Assembly (NCBI GenBank): GCA_041389025.1
Contig: JAWKSP010000003.1
Location: 70,065 to 123,968, forward strand
DNA from: Minisyncoccota bacterium
GTDB lineage: Bacteria > Patescibacteriota > Minisyncoccia > Phycocordibacterales > UBA918
DNA length: 53,904 bases
Direction of reading: 5' to 3'
Part shown: positions 7,830 to 18,318 of the stretch, one piece after another
How positions within the stretch are numbered: position 1 is the first letter of the stretch
Layout of the letters: every line of letters starts with the position of its first letter
Notes under the pieces: model-generated
Database searches by the model: none
The model's input: only the letters and a program-made list of their open reading frames with translations
What the model was told of the DNA's origin: nothing
Position numbers and translations under genes: made by a program

Positions 7830-10492
7830 ATGAAACTGAAGTTTGACGCGGAACAACAGTATCAATTGGACGCTATTGAGGCGGTGGTGGATTTGTTTGA
7901 CGGACAACAGACCACCACCGGCGCGGATATTTTTGAAGTGTCCGGACTGGGACTTTTACAAAATGAAGAGGGAGTAAAACTTACTCCAGCGATGAAGCGA
8001 CAATTATCAAGAATTTGCGTGCGATTCAAAAAAGAAATAGCTTGCCGGAACAAGCAGAATTTGAAGGACGAAACTTCACGGTTGAGATGGAGACCGGTAC
8101 CGGTAAGACTTACGTGTATCTAAGGACAATGTTCGAGCTTTACCAGCGGTATGGTTTTGCTAAGTTTATTGTCGTGGTGCCAGGGAAGGCGATACGTGAG
8201 GGGGTGCTTAAGTCGCTCGAGATTACTCGAGATCATTTGCGTTCGCTCTATGGTAATCCGCCGTATAATTTTTTTACTTACAACACCAAACGACCGGGGG
8301 ATTTGCGGGCTTTTGCCACTTCCAATAACTTGTCAGTAATGCTTATAAATATTGAGGCTTTTAAGACTGATGATCGATTGATAAACAAGGCTAGTGACTC
8401 AGTCGGTGGAGTGCCGATAGAGTTGGTACAAAAAACTAACGCAATTGTGATAGTAGACGAGCCACAAAACATGGAGAGTGAAAAAGCTCGGACGGCGATA
8501 GATTCACTCAATCCTCTCTGTACTTTGCGCTACTCAGCCACGCACAAGAATTTATACAATCAAGTCTACCGCCTGACTCCGGTCGATGCTTATGATCAGG
8601 GTTTGGTTAAGCGAATAGAGGTAGCGTCAGTGCAAGAAGATGGGTTGCAAAATGACGCTTATGTAAAGGTGCTTGGTGTGTCTGTTACCAAGACAGCCGT
8701 AAAAGCCATGTTGGAAATAGAGCAGAGAACAGCGAGTGGTGAAATAAAGAAAAAGAAAATTTCAGCGACGGTCAAGCAACTACGTGCCAGTGATACGTGT
8801 GATTTGTATGAAATTTCCGGCGGGTTGCCGGCTTATGAAGGCTTTGTGGTGGAGTCGATTGATCCGGAACTTAAAGAAGTGGAGTTTCAAAATGGGGTGG
8901 TGGTTTCTGCGGAGAAGGGGATTGGTGAGCTTGGTGATGAAGTGATGCGACAGCAGATAGTGGAAACCGTGCGTGAGCATTTTGATAAGATGTTGAGGTT
9001 TAAAAGACAAGATAGAGATATTAAAGTATTGTCGCTTTTCTTTATTGATAGAGTAGCTAATTATCGTAATCATGATGAGGGAACTAAGGGCAAGTTCGCC
9101 GTTTGGTTTGAAGAAATTTATGAAGAACTAAGGCAGGATGTAAAATACAAAGCCCTTAAATTACCGGGGGTGGCCAAGGTACATGACGGATATTTCTCAA
9201 AAGATAAACAAGGAAAAATAAAGGATACTAAGGGTACAACTGAGGATGACCGTTCGACTTATGAGCTTATTATGAAAGATAAGGAACGGCTTTTGTCGGC
9301 AGATGAACCGCTTCAGTTTATCTTCTCTCACTCGGCTCTTAAGGAGGGTTGGGATAATCCAAATGTTTTCCAGATTTGTACTTTGAACGAAACTGAGTCG
9401 TATGTGAAGAAAAGACAAGAAATTGGTCGAGGTCTTAGGTTGCCGGTAGATGCGACGGGTACAAGAATTTTTGATCAATCAGTGAATATTTTGACCGTGG
9501 TGGCCAATGAAAGTTATGAGACTTTTGCCAAAAGCTTGCAGGAGGAAATTGAGAAAGAAACTGGAGTAGCTTTTGGTGATGGTCGTATAGCGAATAAACG
9601 AGAAAGAAGGAAAGTAGCTTTAAAGAAAAAATGGGAGATTGATAAAAACTTTTTGCAACTGTGGGATAGAATCAAGCAAAAGACTAGGTACGCGGTAGAA
9701 CTTAACGAAGAGAAATTTATCACTATAGCTACCAAAGCTATAGCTGAGATAAAATCGCAAGCTCCGCAAATACGAGCAGAGATTGCTCGACTTTCACTTG
9801 ATTATGAAAAAGGCATTTTGGCGGCCAAGAGAGCTGATCGAAAAGGAAAGCAATTTTCACAATCGTTGCCGGTACCGGATATTCTTGAGTATATATCAAG
9901 TCATGCCGGAGTACGACAAGAAACAATTCTGAAGATAGTTACCAAAGCAAAAGCTTGGGAAAAGATTCGTTCCAATCCGCAGTATATGATGGATAAGACA
10001 GTGGAGGAGATTAAGTTCGCGATGAAACGGATGATTGTTGATGGGGTGAAGTACGAAAAAGTTTCCGGTAGTGAGTATGAAATGCAGATTTTTAAAGATG
10101 CAGAAATTGAATCTTATGTGTCTAAAATGCGAGTGGTGAATGAGCAAGAAAAAACTATTTATGATCATGTGGTATATGATTCTGAGGTGGAGAGTTATTT
10201 TGCGAATGAGCTTGAAGTGCGTGATGAGGTGGAATTTTATATGAAATTGCCACCTAAGTTTAAGATTGAAACTCCACTTGGTATGTATAACCCAGATTGG
10301 GCAATTGTATTTAAAAATGATAAGCGATTGTATTTGGTGGTTGAGACCAAAGGTAAGGATAGACTTGATGAGCTATCAATTAGCGAGCAATTAAAAATAG
10401 CGTGTGGTGAAAAACATTTTTCGGCGGTAGGGAAAGTTCAGTTTGTGGCACCGGTGAAGGATTTAAAGTCTTTGGAAGACAGGGTTGGTTAA
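7830..10492 (+). pseudogene. res: type III restriction enzyme (Res) helicase-nuclease subunit, one frameshift
   Basis: The N-terminus MKLKFDAEQQYQLDAIEAVVDLFDGQ is in frame 0 (7830-). The rest is in frame +2 from about 7990: ..IIKNLRAIQKRNSLPEQ.., helicase motif I METGTGKTYVY, motif II VIVDEPQN, and a C-terminal PD-(D/E)xK-like NPDWAIVF..LVVETKG. ATG 7830 lies 3 nt after the reconstructed mod stop. Confidence 0.78.
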
Positions 10493-10661
10493 AATTTATC
10501 GGTGGTTTATTTACACAAATATGAAAATCTTAGTTGGAACACAAAATAAAAGAAAAATAGAAGCTTGTGAGGAAAGTGGTGAGTAAGTAGGAAATATAAT
10601 AACCTTAGGAAGATTGGTTTTTTGAGGGAGTAAGGGTTGTTTGTGGTAAAATGTAAACAAC

Positions 10662-11642
10662 ATGAAGAAGGAACAAAAAGAAAAAAAGCCAGTTATTTAC
10701 CAAACAAAATCTGGAGCCATTGAGCTACGTGGTGATTTGGAGAAGGAGACGGTTTGGGCGACTCAATTACAGGTAGCTCAAGCTTTTGATGTAGATGTAC
10801 GAACTGTAAACGAGCACATTAAGAATATTTATAAAACCGAAGAATTGGATGAAAAGGCAACTATCCGGAAATTCCGGATAGTTCGAATTGAGGGTAATCG
10901 AGAAATTAAGCGAGAGATAAATCACTATAATTTGGATTTAATATTGTCAGTTGGATATAGAGTTAACAGTAAAAAAGCAACAGCTTTCAGGCAATGGGCC
11001 ACCAAAACACTCCGTGGACATATTACAAAGGGGTACACGATAAACCGCAGGCGCATTGGTCAAAATTATGAAGCTTTTATGAAAGCGGTAGAGGATGTGC
11101 AGGCTCTGTTACCAGAACATGTAACACTCGACCCTAAAGCAGTTCTTGAGCTAATCAAGGAATTTGCTAGCACTTGGGTATCACTTGATTCTTATGACAA
11201 AGAATCACTTGAACTGAAGGGTGTCACCAAGAAACGAGTGACACTTGTTGGTGCAGATTTATACACGGCAATTTCTGATTTAAGAAAAGAACTTATCCGT
11301 AAAGGTGAAGCCACTGATATTTTTGCACATGAAAGAAAGGAGGGGAATATTGAAGGGATTGTAGGTAATGTTATGCAGTCGTTTGGCGGAAAGTCAGTGT
11401 ATCCGACAGTTGAAGAAAAAGCGGCTCACTTACTGTACTTCATGGTTAAGAACCATCCGTTTACTGACGGCAATAAAAGGTCTGGAGCTTTCGCTTTTGT
11501 TTGGTTCTTGCGTAAATCAGGTGTAAGAGGGAGTAAGAATATCAATCCAGCTGCACTTACTGCTATAACTCTACTTATTGCGGAAAGTGATCCGAGCAAG
11601 AAAGAACAGGTGGTTGCTTTGGTTACTCAGATGTTACGGTAG
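10662..11642 (+). CDS. RhuM-family protein fused to a C-terminal Fic/Doc domain
   Basis: The N-terminal half matches the RhuM pattern (..ETVWATQLQVAQAFDVDVRTVNEHIKNIY...NLDLILSVGYRVNSKKATAFRQWATKTL..). The C-terminus carries the Doc-type Fic motif HPFTDGNKRSG. Confidence 0.8.
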   Translation: MKKEQKEKKPVIYQTKSGAIELRGDLEKETVWATQLQVAQAFDVDVRTVNEHIKNIYKTEELDEKATIRKFRIVRIEGNREIKREINHYNLDLILSVGYRVNSKKATAFRQWATKTLRGHITKGYTINRRRIGQNYEAFMKAVEDVQALLPEHVTLDPKAVLELIKEFASTWVSLDSYDKESLELKGVTKKRVTLVGADLYTAISDLRKELIRKGEATDIFAHERKEGNIEGIVGNVMQSFGGKSVYPTVEEKAAHLLYFMVKNHPFTDGNKRSGAFAFVWFLRKSGVRGSKNINPAALTAITLLIAESDPSKKEQVVALVTQMLR

Positions 11643-11810
11643 GCTGTAGGGAGGATTGATAGAACTACTTTATTTACTGTTTAGGTAGGCATACTAAAAA
11701 CCTGTTGAGTAAAGTGTTATATATTTTTTCATTATTTGTAAAGTGAATGGTTGTGGTGAGTTTGTAAGAAAGCTGGAGGAGTCCGAGAAGTGGTGGACTT
11801 GTACAGTTTT

Positions 11811-11839
11811 TTGACAAACAACTTTTTTGCATTTATAAT
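11811..11839 (+). promoter_or_regulatory. consensus sigma70 promoter of grpE-dnaK-dnaJ (leaderless geometry)
   Basis: TTGACA (11811-11816), exactly 17 nt, TATAAT (11834-11839). Only 6 nt (GCCGAC) separate the -10 from the grpE ATG at 11846, so the predicted +1 is the A of the ATG. Confidence 0.75.
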
Positions 11840-11845
11840 GCCGAC

Positions 11846-12442
11846 ATGGTGAACAAAAGTAATGAAGACAATAATCAGGAGGATTTGGAAATCACCAATG
11901 AAGACAATGAAATTGAAGAATCTGACCTTGAGGAAATTGAAAGTAATCAAGCAGAAGTTATTAAGAAATTAAAAGCTAAATTAAAAACTTGCGAGCAAGA
12001 CAGACGTGAAATATTAGAAGAAAGTCAAAGAGCTAAAGCTGATTTTCTAAATGCTCGCAAAAGACTGGAAGAAGAAAGAATTCGTGACCGAGTTCGTAAT
12101 AAAAAGAGTCATATAGAAGAGCTACTACCACTTTGTGATAGTTTTCAGATGGCAATGTCTGACAAAGAGGCGTGGGAGAAAGCAGATAAAGCTTGGCGAG
12201 CAGGAATAGAAGGAATTCACAGTCAACTCATGCGTTTACTAAACTCTTACGGGGTAAAGGTTATAAATCCGGTTGGCGAAAAATTTGACCCACATCGAGA
12301 TGAAGCGATTGGTACAGAAATGGTAGAAAATGAAAGTGAGGTTGACACAGTTATCTCGGTAGTGCAGTTTGGTTATGAGTTGACGGATGAAGATGAGATA
12401 ATCAGACCAGCTAGAGTGACAACTGGAGTTATTAAAGATTAA
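11846..12442 (+). CDS. grpE: nucleotide exchange factor GrpE
   Basis: Acidic N-terminus, coiled coil, and a GrpE C-terminal domain (..FDPHRDEAIG....VISVVQFGYEL.DE.IIRPARV). First gene of grpE-dnaK-dnaJ. Confidence 0.92.
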   Translation: MVNKSNEDNNQEDLEITNEDNEIEESDLEEIESNQAEVIKKLKAKLKTCEQDRREILEESQRAKADFLNARKRLEEERIRDRVRNKKSHIEELLPLCDSFQMAMSDKEAWEKADKAWRAGIEGIHSQLMRLLNSYGVKVINPVGEKFDPHRDEAIGTEMVENESEVDTVISVVQFGYELTDEDEIIRPARVTTGVIKD

Positions 12443-12502
12443 GATAGTTTTGATTGTTAACTGTTAAATTATTATTAATATTTTTTAAGTAACTAAATTA
12501 TT

Positions 12503-14443
12503 ATGGCAAAAATTTTAGGAATTGATCTTGGTACCACCAACTCAGCAATGGCTATTATTGAGGCGGGTGAGCCGGTTATTATTGAAAATAATGAAGGTAA
12601 TCGTACCACACCTTCAGTAGTGGCTATTTCCAAAAAAGGAGAGCGCTTGGTTGGTCAAATTGCCAAAAGACAAGCGGTAACTAATCCGCAAAATACTATT
12701 TATGGTATTAAGCGTTTTATGGGACATAATTTTTCTGATGAAGCAGTTCAGAGAGATAAGGAAATCGTACCATATGAGGTAAAAGCAGGAAGTAATGGTG
12801 GTGTAATTGTGCATCTGGGTGAAAAAGATATGCGTCCAGAAGAAGTGTCAGCCATGATACTTTCTAAGCTTAAAGCTGATGCAGAAGCTAAGACTGGTGA
12901 GACTATCACTGAAGCGGTGATCACTGTCCCAGCGTATTTTAATGACTCACAACGAAAGGCGACTCAAGATGCAGGTAAAATTGCCGGACTTGAGGTAAAA
13001 CGCATCATAAATGAACCAACAGCCGCCGCTTTGGCTTATGGTTTTAATAGAAAAAAAGACGAGAAGATTGTAGTGTACGACTTTGGAGGAGGTACTTTTG
13101 ACGTAACTGTGCTTGAGGTGGGCGATGACGTTGTTGAAGTACAGTCCACTGACGGTGATGCACACATGGGTGGTCGTGATATTGATCAACAAATTGTTCG
13201 TTACTTAATAGATGAATTTAAAAAAGAAGAAGGAATTGACTTGAGTAAAGACCCATTAGCGTTACAACGTCTTGACGATGAAGCTGAAAAAGCTAAAAAG
13301 GAACTTTCAACTTCTGGTGAAACTGAAATAAATATTCCTTTTATCGCTAATGTTGATGGTACACCAAAAAACCTTCTCATTACTTTGACTAGAAGTAAAC
13401 TAGAAGAATTATCACGTGAATATATTGATCGTTCAATTGAAATTACCAAGCGGGCGCTTGAAGCTTCGTCAATTCAAAAATCTGACATAGACGAGATTAT
13501 TTTGGTGGGTGGACAAACACGTATGCCGGCAGTAGTAAATGCAGTGAAAGAACTGTTTGGTAAAGAACCAAATAAAAGTGTTAACCCAGATGAAGTGGTG
13601 GCTATAGGAGCAGCAATTCAGGCTGGTATTTTCCAAGGAGATGTAAAAGATATTACTTTAGTTGATGTGATACCGCTTTCGTTAGGAATTGAAACTATGG
13701 GTGGAGTAAATACTAAATTAATTGAAAAAAACACTCATATACCAACTAAAAAACAACAAGTTTTTTCAACAGCGGCCGACAATCAAACTTCAACCGAAAT
13801 TCATATTGTGCAAGGTGAGAGACCGATGGCAAATGACAACAAATCATTAGGTAAGTTTGTACTCGATGGTATTCCTCCAGCACCACGTGGTGTGCCACAG
13901 GTGGAAGTTACTTTTGATGTCGATAGTAACGGTGTTTTGAATGTAACTGCTAAAGATAAAGCTACTGGAAAAGAACAGTCAATTAGAATTGAAGCCAATT
14001 CAGGTCTTAGTGAGGAAGATATTGAGCGTATGAAAAAAGATGCTGAAGATCATGCTGGAGAAGATGCTAAAAAGAAGGATTTAATTGAAGTAAAAAATCA
14101 AGCTGAACAATTAATCTACACAGCAGAAAAATCATTAAAAGATCATGGTGATAAGATTTCATCTGAAATTAAAACTGAAATTGAAGATAAAATTAAAGCC
14201 TTAAATGAAGTAAAAGATAAGGATGACAAAGCTGTTATCGAGACTAAGAAGGATGAACTATCTACTTCATTACAAAAAATTGGTGAAATAATGCAAAAAG
14301 CAGCAGAAAGTGAAGCTGGCTCCACTACTGGTACTAGTGCAGAAACTAATAACACAAGCGAACAGTCGACATCAAATAGTGCGGAAGAGACCAATGTGCG
14401 CGACGCTGAAGTGAATGAAGAAAAACCAGAGGATAAAAAATAA
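12503..14443 (+). CDS. dnaK: molecular chaperone DnaK (Hsp70)
   Basis: Hsp70 signatures [25 protein letters not shown] and [13 protein letters not shown]. 646 aa. Confidence 0.98.
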   Translation: MAKILGIDLGTTNSAMAIIEAGEPVIIENNEGNRTTPSVVAISKKGERLVGQIAKRQAVTNPQNTIYGIKRFMGHNFSDEAVQRDKEIVPYEVKAGSNGGVIVHLGEKDMRPEEVSAMILSKLKADAEAKTGETITEAVITVPAYFNDSQRKATQDAGKIAGLEVKRIINEPTAAALAYGFNRKKDEKIVVYDFGGGTFDVTVLEVGDDVVEVQSTDGDAHMGGRDIDQQIVRYLIDEFKKEEGIDLSKDPLALQRLDDEAEKAKKELSTSGETEINIPFIANVDGTPKNLLITLTRSKLEELSREYIDRSIEITKRALEASSIQKSDIDEIILVGGQTRMPAVVNAVKELFGKEPNKSVNPDEVVAIGAAIQAGIFQGDVKDITLVDVIPLSLGIETMGGVNTKLIEKNTHIPTKKQQVFSTAADNQTSTEIHIVQGERPMANDNKSLGKFVLDGIPPAPRGVPQVEVTFDVDSNGVLNVTAKDKATGKEQSIRIEANSGLSEEDIERMKKDAEDHAGEDAKKKDLIEVKNQAEQLIYTAEKSLKDHGDKISSEIKTEIEDKIKALNEVKDKDDKAVIETKKDELSTSLQKIGEIMQKAAESEAGSTTGTSAETNNTSEQSTSNSAEETNVRDAEVNEEKPEDKK

Positions 14444-14505
14444 CTTTGCCTCTTTGGTAGGCTTGTGCCATAATCAAAAAATTAAAACTTTAACTAAAAC
14501 GTCAT

Positions 14506-15567
14506 ATGAAAGACTACTATCAAATTTTAGGGCTACAAAAAGGAGCTTCTAAGGACGAAGTAAAAAAGGCGTTTCGAAAACTAGCTGCCCAGTATCATCC
14601 TGATAAAAAAACGGGTGATGAAGCAAAATATAAAGAAATTACTGAGGCTTACGCAGTTTTAGGTGATGATAAAAAGAAGGCCGAGTATGATAGTTATGGT
14701 CACGCCTTTAATAATGCTGGTGGAGGAGCTGGTGGTTTTAATTGGCAAGATTTTGCTTCTCAAGGAGGTTTTTCTGGACAAGGTTTTGAGTTTGACATCA
14801 GTGATATTTTTGAAAACTTTGGTTTTGGGGGAGCTCGTTCACACAAAGCTAGAGGACGAGATATTTCCATTGAAATAAATTTAAATTTCAAAGAAGCGGT
14901 GTTTGGAGTTGAGCGTAAAGTCCTTATTACTAAAAATTCACTTTGTAAAGAATGTGAAGGAAGTGGAGCTAAAAAAGGTGCTGGTATGACGTCTTGTACG
15001 ACTTGTGGTGGTAACGGAAAAGTTCGCGAAACTAGACAAAGTATTATGGGTAGCTTTACTACAGTTAGAGAATGTAGTGTTTGTCATGGTCGTGGTCAGG
15101 TACCAAAAGAACGTTGCCCGCACTGTGCTGGAGCTGGCATTAGCCGAGCTCAAGAAGAAATCAGTATAAAAGTACCGGCGGGAATTGAAAATGGAGAAGT
15201 AATACGCATGACTGGTAGAGGTGAAGCGATGCCAAATGGTGAGCCTGGGGATTTGTATATCAAGATTCATGTTGAACCTCATAAAAACATAAAACGTGAA
15301 GGAATAACATTAATTTCAGTCTTACCTATAAAATTAACAGATGCTTTACTTGGAGGTAGCTACAAAGTAGAAACTTTAGATGGTAATGTGGAGCTAAAAG
15401 TTCCATCAGGAATAACTCATGGTGAAATGCTTAGAATAAAAGATAAAGGCGTACCAACTGAGCGTGGTCGTGGTGATTTTATGGTGCTAATAAATATAGA
15501 AATGCCGAAAAAATTATCCAAAAAAGCAGAAAAATTAGTGGAAGAGTTGAGGGGTGAGGGGGTTTGA
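14506..15567 (+). CDS. dnaJ: molecular chaperone DnaJ (type I)
   Basis: J domain with HPD (QYHPDKK), a G/F-rich linker, and four CxxCxGxG repeats ([32 protein letters not shown]). Confidence 0.97.
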   Translation: MKDYYQILGLQKGASKDEVKKAFRKLAAQYHPDKKTGDEAKYKEITEAYAVLGDDKKKAEYDSYGHAFNNAGGGAGGFNWQDFASQGGFSGQGFEFDISDIFENFGFGGARSHKARGRDISIEINLNFKEAVFGVERKVLITKNSLCKECEGSGAKKGAGMTSCTTCGGNGKVRETRQSIMGSFTTVRECSVCHGRGQVPKERCPHCAGAGISRAQEEISIKVPAGIENGEVIRMTGRGEAMPNGEPGDLYIKIHVEPHKNIKREGITLISVLPIKLTDALLGGSYKVETLDGNVELKVPSGITHGEMLRIKDKGVPTERGRGDFMVLINIEMPKKLSKKAEKLVEELRGEGV

Positions 15568-15636
15568 TTATTGTTAAAGTTATCCCAAATCACAAGTGAA
15601 AAATTAAAAATAAATGATTCAAAAGGAATATAATAT

Positions 15637-15666
15637 AAAGGCGGGAGCGAAGCTCCCGCCTTTATA
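15637..15666 (+). terminator. intrinsic terminator after dnaJ
   Basis: AAAGGCGGGAGC GAA GCTCCCGCCTTT hairpin followed by T-rich sequence. Confidence 0.8.
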
Positions 15667-15681
15667 GGTTTTATTTTTTAA

Positions 15682-16167
15682 ATGGATACTGCTACCATTT
15701 TGCATTTTTTGTCAGAGTTCGCTTACCTTTTGGTGGTGTTTTTTGCATTTTTGTCATTGACGATTATTTTTGGTCGGCAAATGGTTATTAATATTATTTT
15801 TGGACTTTATCTAGCACTTCTTATCACCATTCAATTTCCATATTACGATAAGGTTTTAAACGGACTAGAAAATACCGTGGCGATTGCGATTACAAAACTT
15901 GCGTTCTTTGCAGTTGTGACGGTGCTGACAACTCTTTTGTTTAAGCGCTTAATGCCCGAAGAATACGACGAAAACAAGTTTGAAAGTTTTGGAAAGAAGA
16001 TATTGTTAGCTGTATTGGCTACTGTTTTGGTAATGATATTTAGTTTCAATGTCCTGCCGGTAACTGAGCTTCTAACTCCGGGGACACCGATTCAGTCACT
16101 CTTTGCTCCGCAAGAATTCTTCTTCTGGTGGCTCTTGCTCCCGCTACTCTTGTTACCGTTTTTGTAG
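15682..16167 (+). CDS. small integral membrane protein (about 4 TM), function unknown
   Basis: 161 aa, hydrophobic throughout. Starts just after the dnaJ terminator. Confidence 0.6.
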   Translation: MDTATILHFLSEFAYLLVVFFAFLSLTIIFGRQMVINIIFGLYLALLITIQFPYYDKVLNGLENTVAIAITKLAFFAVVTVLTTLLFKRLMPEEYDENKFESFGKKILLAVLATVLVMIFSFNVLPVTELLTPGTPIQSLFAPQEFFFWWLLLPLLLLPFL

Positions 16168-16248
16168 CATTTTTCGCAGTTTTAGGGTAAATTTGTCTTA
16201 GTAGTAAATGTTCAATCATTAATTAAATAAATATGGGGGTTTTATGAG

Positions 16249-16866
16249 ATGACAGTTGTATCTCAAAATTACATAGACCAAACATTGGATGAACTAAGAT
16301 TACTGGTCGCCTTTGGGACATTCAAAAAACAGGGAAGTCAAATCTTAGTTAATGAAGATAAGACTAGCGTGCTTACTGTACATAAATATTCATCTTTTTC
16401 TTATGGTGATTTCACTTTTGATATTTATATTTTGGGCGAAAGTCACGCAGTTTTGGTTAAGTATAAAGGAAGGATTATTTTGTACGAAATAATCGCCTGT
16501 ACCGACATACAAATTAAAAATGTCGAATCTTTATTCCTAAAAGATCTAAATGACCACGTTCAACACGAAACCAAGGTTGGCGACTGTGTTCATGTATTCA
16601 CAAAAAAATACATGAATTCAACTCAGCTTGATGAAATGTGTAAGTATCTCGAAAAAGTATCACAATATGCTAATAATAATACAACGAAGCTTGAGCATAA
16701 TTTTTGTACTAATGATCCTTGTGATTGCCTCATCAAGCCGATAACAATGGTGGTTGTTGAGGTTGATGGGGACGGTGTAAATATACACTCTATTCATGTT
16801 TATCCAAACGAGGAGGATAAAAAAAGAATGGCGGTGTATACAAAGACCACTATAAGAAAACCTTAA
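16249..16866 (+). CDS. hypothetical protein
   Basis: 205-aa ORF with no motif recognised. Followed by a clean terminator. Confidence 0.55.
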   Translation: MTVVSQNYIDQTLDELRLLVAFGTFKKQGSQILVNEDKTSVLTVHKYSSFSYGDFTFDIYILGESHAVLVKYKGRIILYEIIACTDIQIKNVESLFLKDLNDHVQHETKVGDCVHVFTKKYMNSTQLDEMCKYLEKVSQYANNNTTKLEHNFCTNDPCDCLIKPITMVVVEVDGDGVNIHSIHVYPNEEDKKRMAVYTKTTIRKP

Positions 16867-16885
16867 TCACCAATTTACGAACGCG

Positions 16886-16921
16886 CCCTAGGATAACTAT
16901 TAATCCTAGGGTTGTTTTTTT
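16886..16921 (+). terminator. intrinsic terminator
   Basis: CCCTAGGAT..ATCCTAGGG hairpin followed by TTGTTTTTTT. Confidence 0.75.
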
Positions 16922-16950
16922 ATGTTATAACTATCCCATAATTAGTTTTT

Positions 16951-17868
16951 ATGATAACCGGACTAATGATTGGAATCGCCGCCGCTTTTGTATGGTCGAT
17001 TACCAATATTGTCGATAAGTATTTAGTAGATGAATATGCGCAGGATGGAAACATCGGAGGAGTGTTGCTTTTGTCTTGCTTTTTTCCGATAACTTTACTC
17101 GTATTGTCCCTTATGATTGCCGGACAATCTGTTTGGTACCTACCGACAGAAGAAATTTACACGTTATTGCTAACCGGCTTTTTGTTGGTGCTGTGGATTT
17201 ATTTTTACCTTAAAGCATTATCTGAAGACGACGCGTCAGTGGTGATGACGCTTTTAGTTTTAGCTCCATTTTTTTCATTGATTTTTGGTCAAATTATTCT
17301 TAAAGAATTTTTAACATCAGTGGAACTTTTAGCTGGCGGACTTATGGTCTTAGGAGCGCTTACGGTCGTTTATGAGCCAAATGCTAAAAAAATTAAGTGG
17401 AAAGTTTTTGGTTATGCAATAGCGGCTTCGGTTATTACAGCCCTTATGCTTAGTTTGTTCAAGTTTGTCGCCTTAGAAGGTGGAGCTTGGGAATCATTAT
17501 TCTGGCGTTCGGTGGGGATGGTTTTTATTGGTGGTTTGATCTATCTTTTCATAAGCAGTTATCGTGATAGTTTTCATATTTTTATGAGAGATCATTTTAC
17601 TCGCGGTGTTGGCTTAAATGTTACTAATGAGAGTCTGACTCTTACTGGTGATACCTTGTTTGCGGTTGCTATATTATTCGCTCCTTTAGCTTTGGTGCAG
17701 ACTACCGAAGCTTATCAACCAATTTTTGTATTTTTGATGATTCTTATTATTAACCGTTTTGGAGTAAGGGTAGTACAGGAAAATATTGAAAAAAAAGTTC
17801 TTATTCAGAAAGGAATAGGTTTTGTTCTGGTGCTTGTTGGTACAATTATATTAAGCTTTGTTTCTTAA
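16951..17868 (+). CDS. EamA/DMT-superfamily-like transporter (10 TM)
   Basis: 305 aa with two similar 5-TM halves. The N-terminus ..AAAFVWSITNIVDKYL.. resembles EamA domains. The family call is tentative. Confidence 0.55.
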   Translation: MITGLMIGIAAAFVWSITNIVDKYLVDEYAQDGNIGGVLLLSCFFPITLLVLSLMIAGQSVWYLPTEEIYTLLLTGFLLVLWIYFYLKALSEDDASVVMTLLVLAPFFSLIFGQIILKEFLTSVELLAGGLMVLGALTVVYEPNAKKIKWKVFGYAIAASVITALMLSLFKFVALEGGAWESLFWRSVGMVFIGGLIYLFISSYRDSFHIFMRDHFTRGVGLNVTNESLTLTGDTLFAVAILFAPLALVQTTEAYQPIFVFLMILIINRFGVRVVQENIEKKVLIQKGIGFVLVLVGTIILSFVS

Positions 17869-17955
17869 TTTAAAATTTAAACTAACTTTAGTCACTTAAA
17901 GTATTCCTCAACTAAGCCTTGAAGCTTGTTTTCTATATGCTACAGTCATTAATAT

Positions 17956-18318
17956 ATGGCTAGCGAAGCTGAGTCAGATTCTGTTAGTAAAAGAATAATT
18001 GTCATGGTAGTAGTGACTGCTCTTAGTGTCTCTTTGGTATTATTGACTGCCTATACAAAGTACATATACGCTCATGATTATGATTTTATAATTGAGGCTC
18101 CTTGTGATCCTGAACAGATGTCTTGTTATGTGCGTGATTGTAATGATTATTGCCCCCCTAACGAACTTGAGATATATCAAGTTTATCATTTGCCAGCGTC
18201 TATTTATCCTCTCTGTATCGATAATTCTTGTACCAATATCTGTGAAAGCGACGAAACCAAAAAACAGTGTATACCGGTTTTGTGTAATATAAATAATGAC
18301 GATGATTGCACTTCGTAA
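17956..18318 (+). CDS. membrane-anchored cysteine-rich small protein
   Basis: 120 aa with one N-terminal TM helix, then 12 Cys in 80 residues (CDPEQMSCYVRDCNDYCPP..CIDNSCTNICES..CIPVLCN..DC). Confidence 0.55.
   Translation: MASEAESDSVSKRIIVMVVVTALSVSLVLLTAYTKYIYAHDYDFIIEAPCDPEQMSCYVRDCNDYCPPNELEIYQVYHLPASIYPLCIDNSCTNICESDETKKQCIPVLCNINNDDDCTS

Noticed and set aside
8278-10168. Multiple antisense ORFs inside res (likewise inside dnaK, dnaJ, pepA, scpA, cysS, ctp and others)
   Set aside because: They lie opposite well-supported genes, have low-complexity or odd composition, and lack start signals. These are typical shadow ORFs.
5889-10492. Classical phase variation (simple-sequence repeats) as the explanation for all mod/res frameshifts
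   Set aside because: Only one of the five frame switches coincides with a homopolymer (A7, 7624-7630). There are no long tetra- or pentanucleotide repeats as in phase-variable type III mod genes. Decay or sequencing error fits the others better.
10521-10586. 21-codon ORF MKILVGTQNKRKIEACEESGE as a remnant of a YjjX/DUF84-like NTPase gene
   Set aside because: The resemblance rests on a few N-terminal residues, too short to support a call. It is mentioned only as a possible relic.
11643-11845. CIRCE/HrcA operator (TTAGCACTC-N9-GAGTGCTAA) upstream of grpE-dnaK-dnaJ
   Set aside because: No such inverted repeat is present, and no hrcA gene precedes grpE. Only the consensus promoter is seen.
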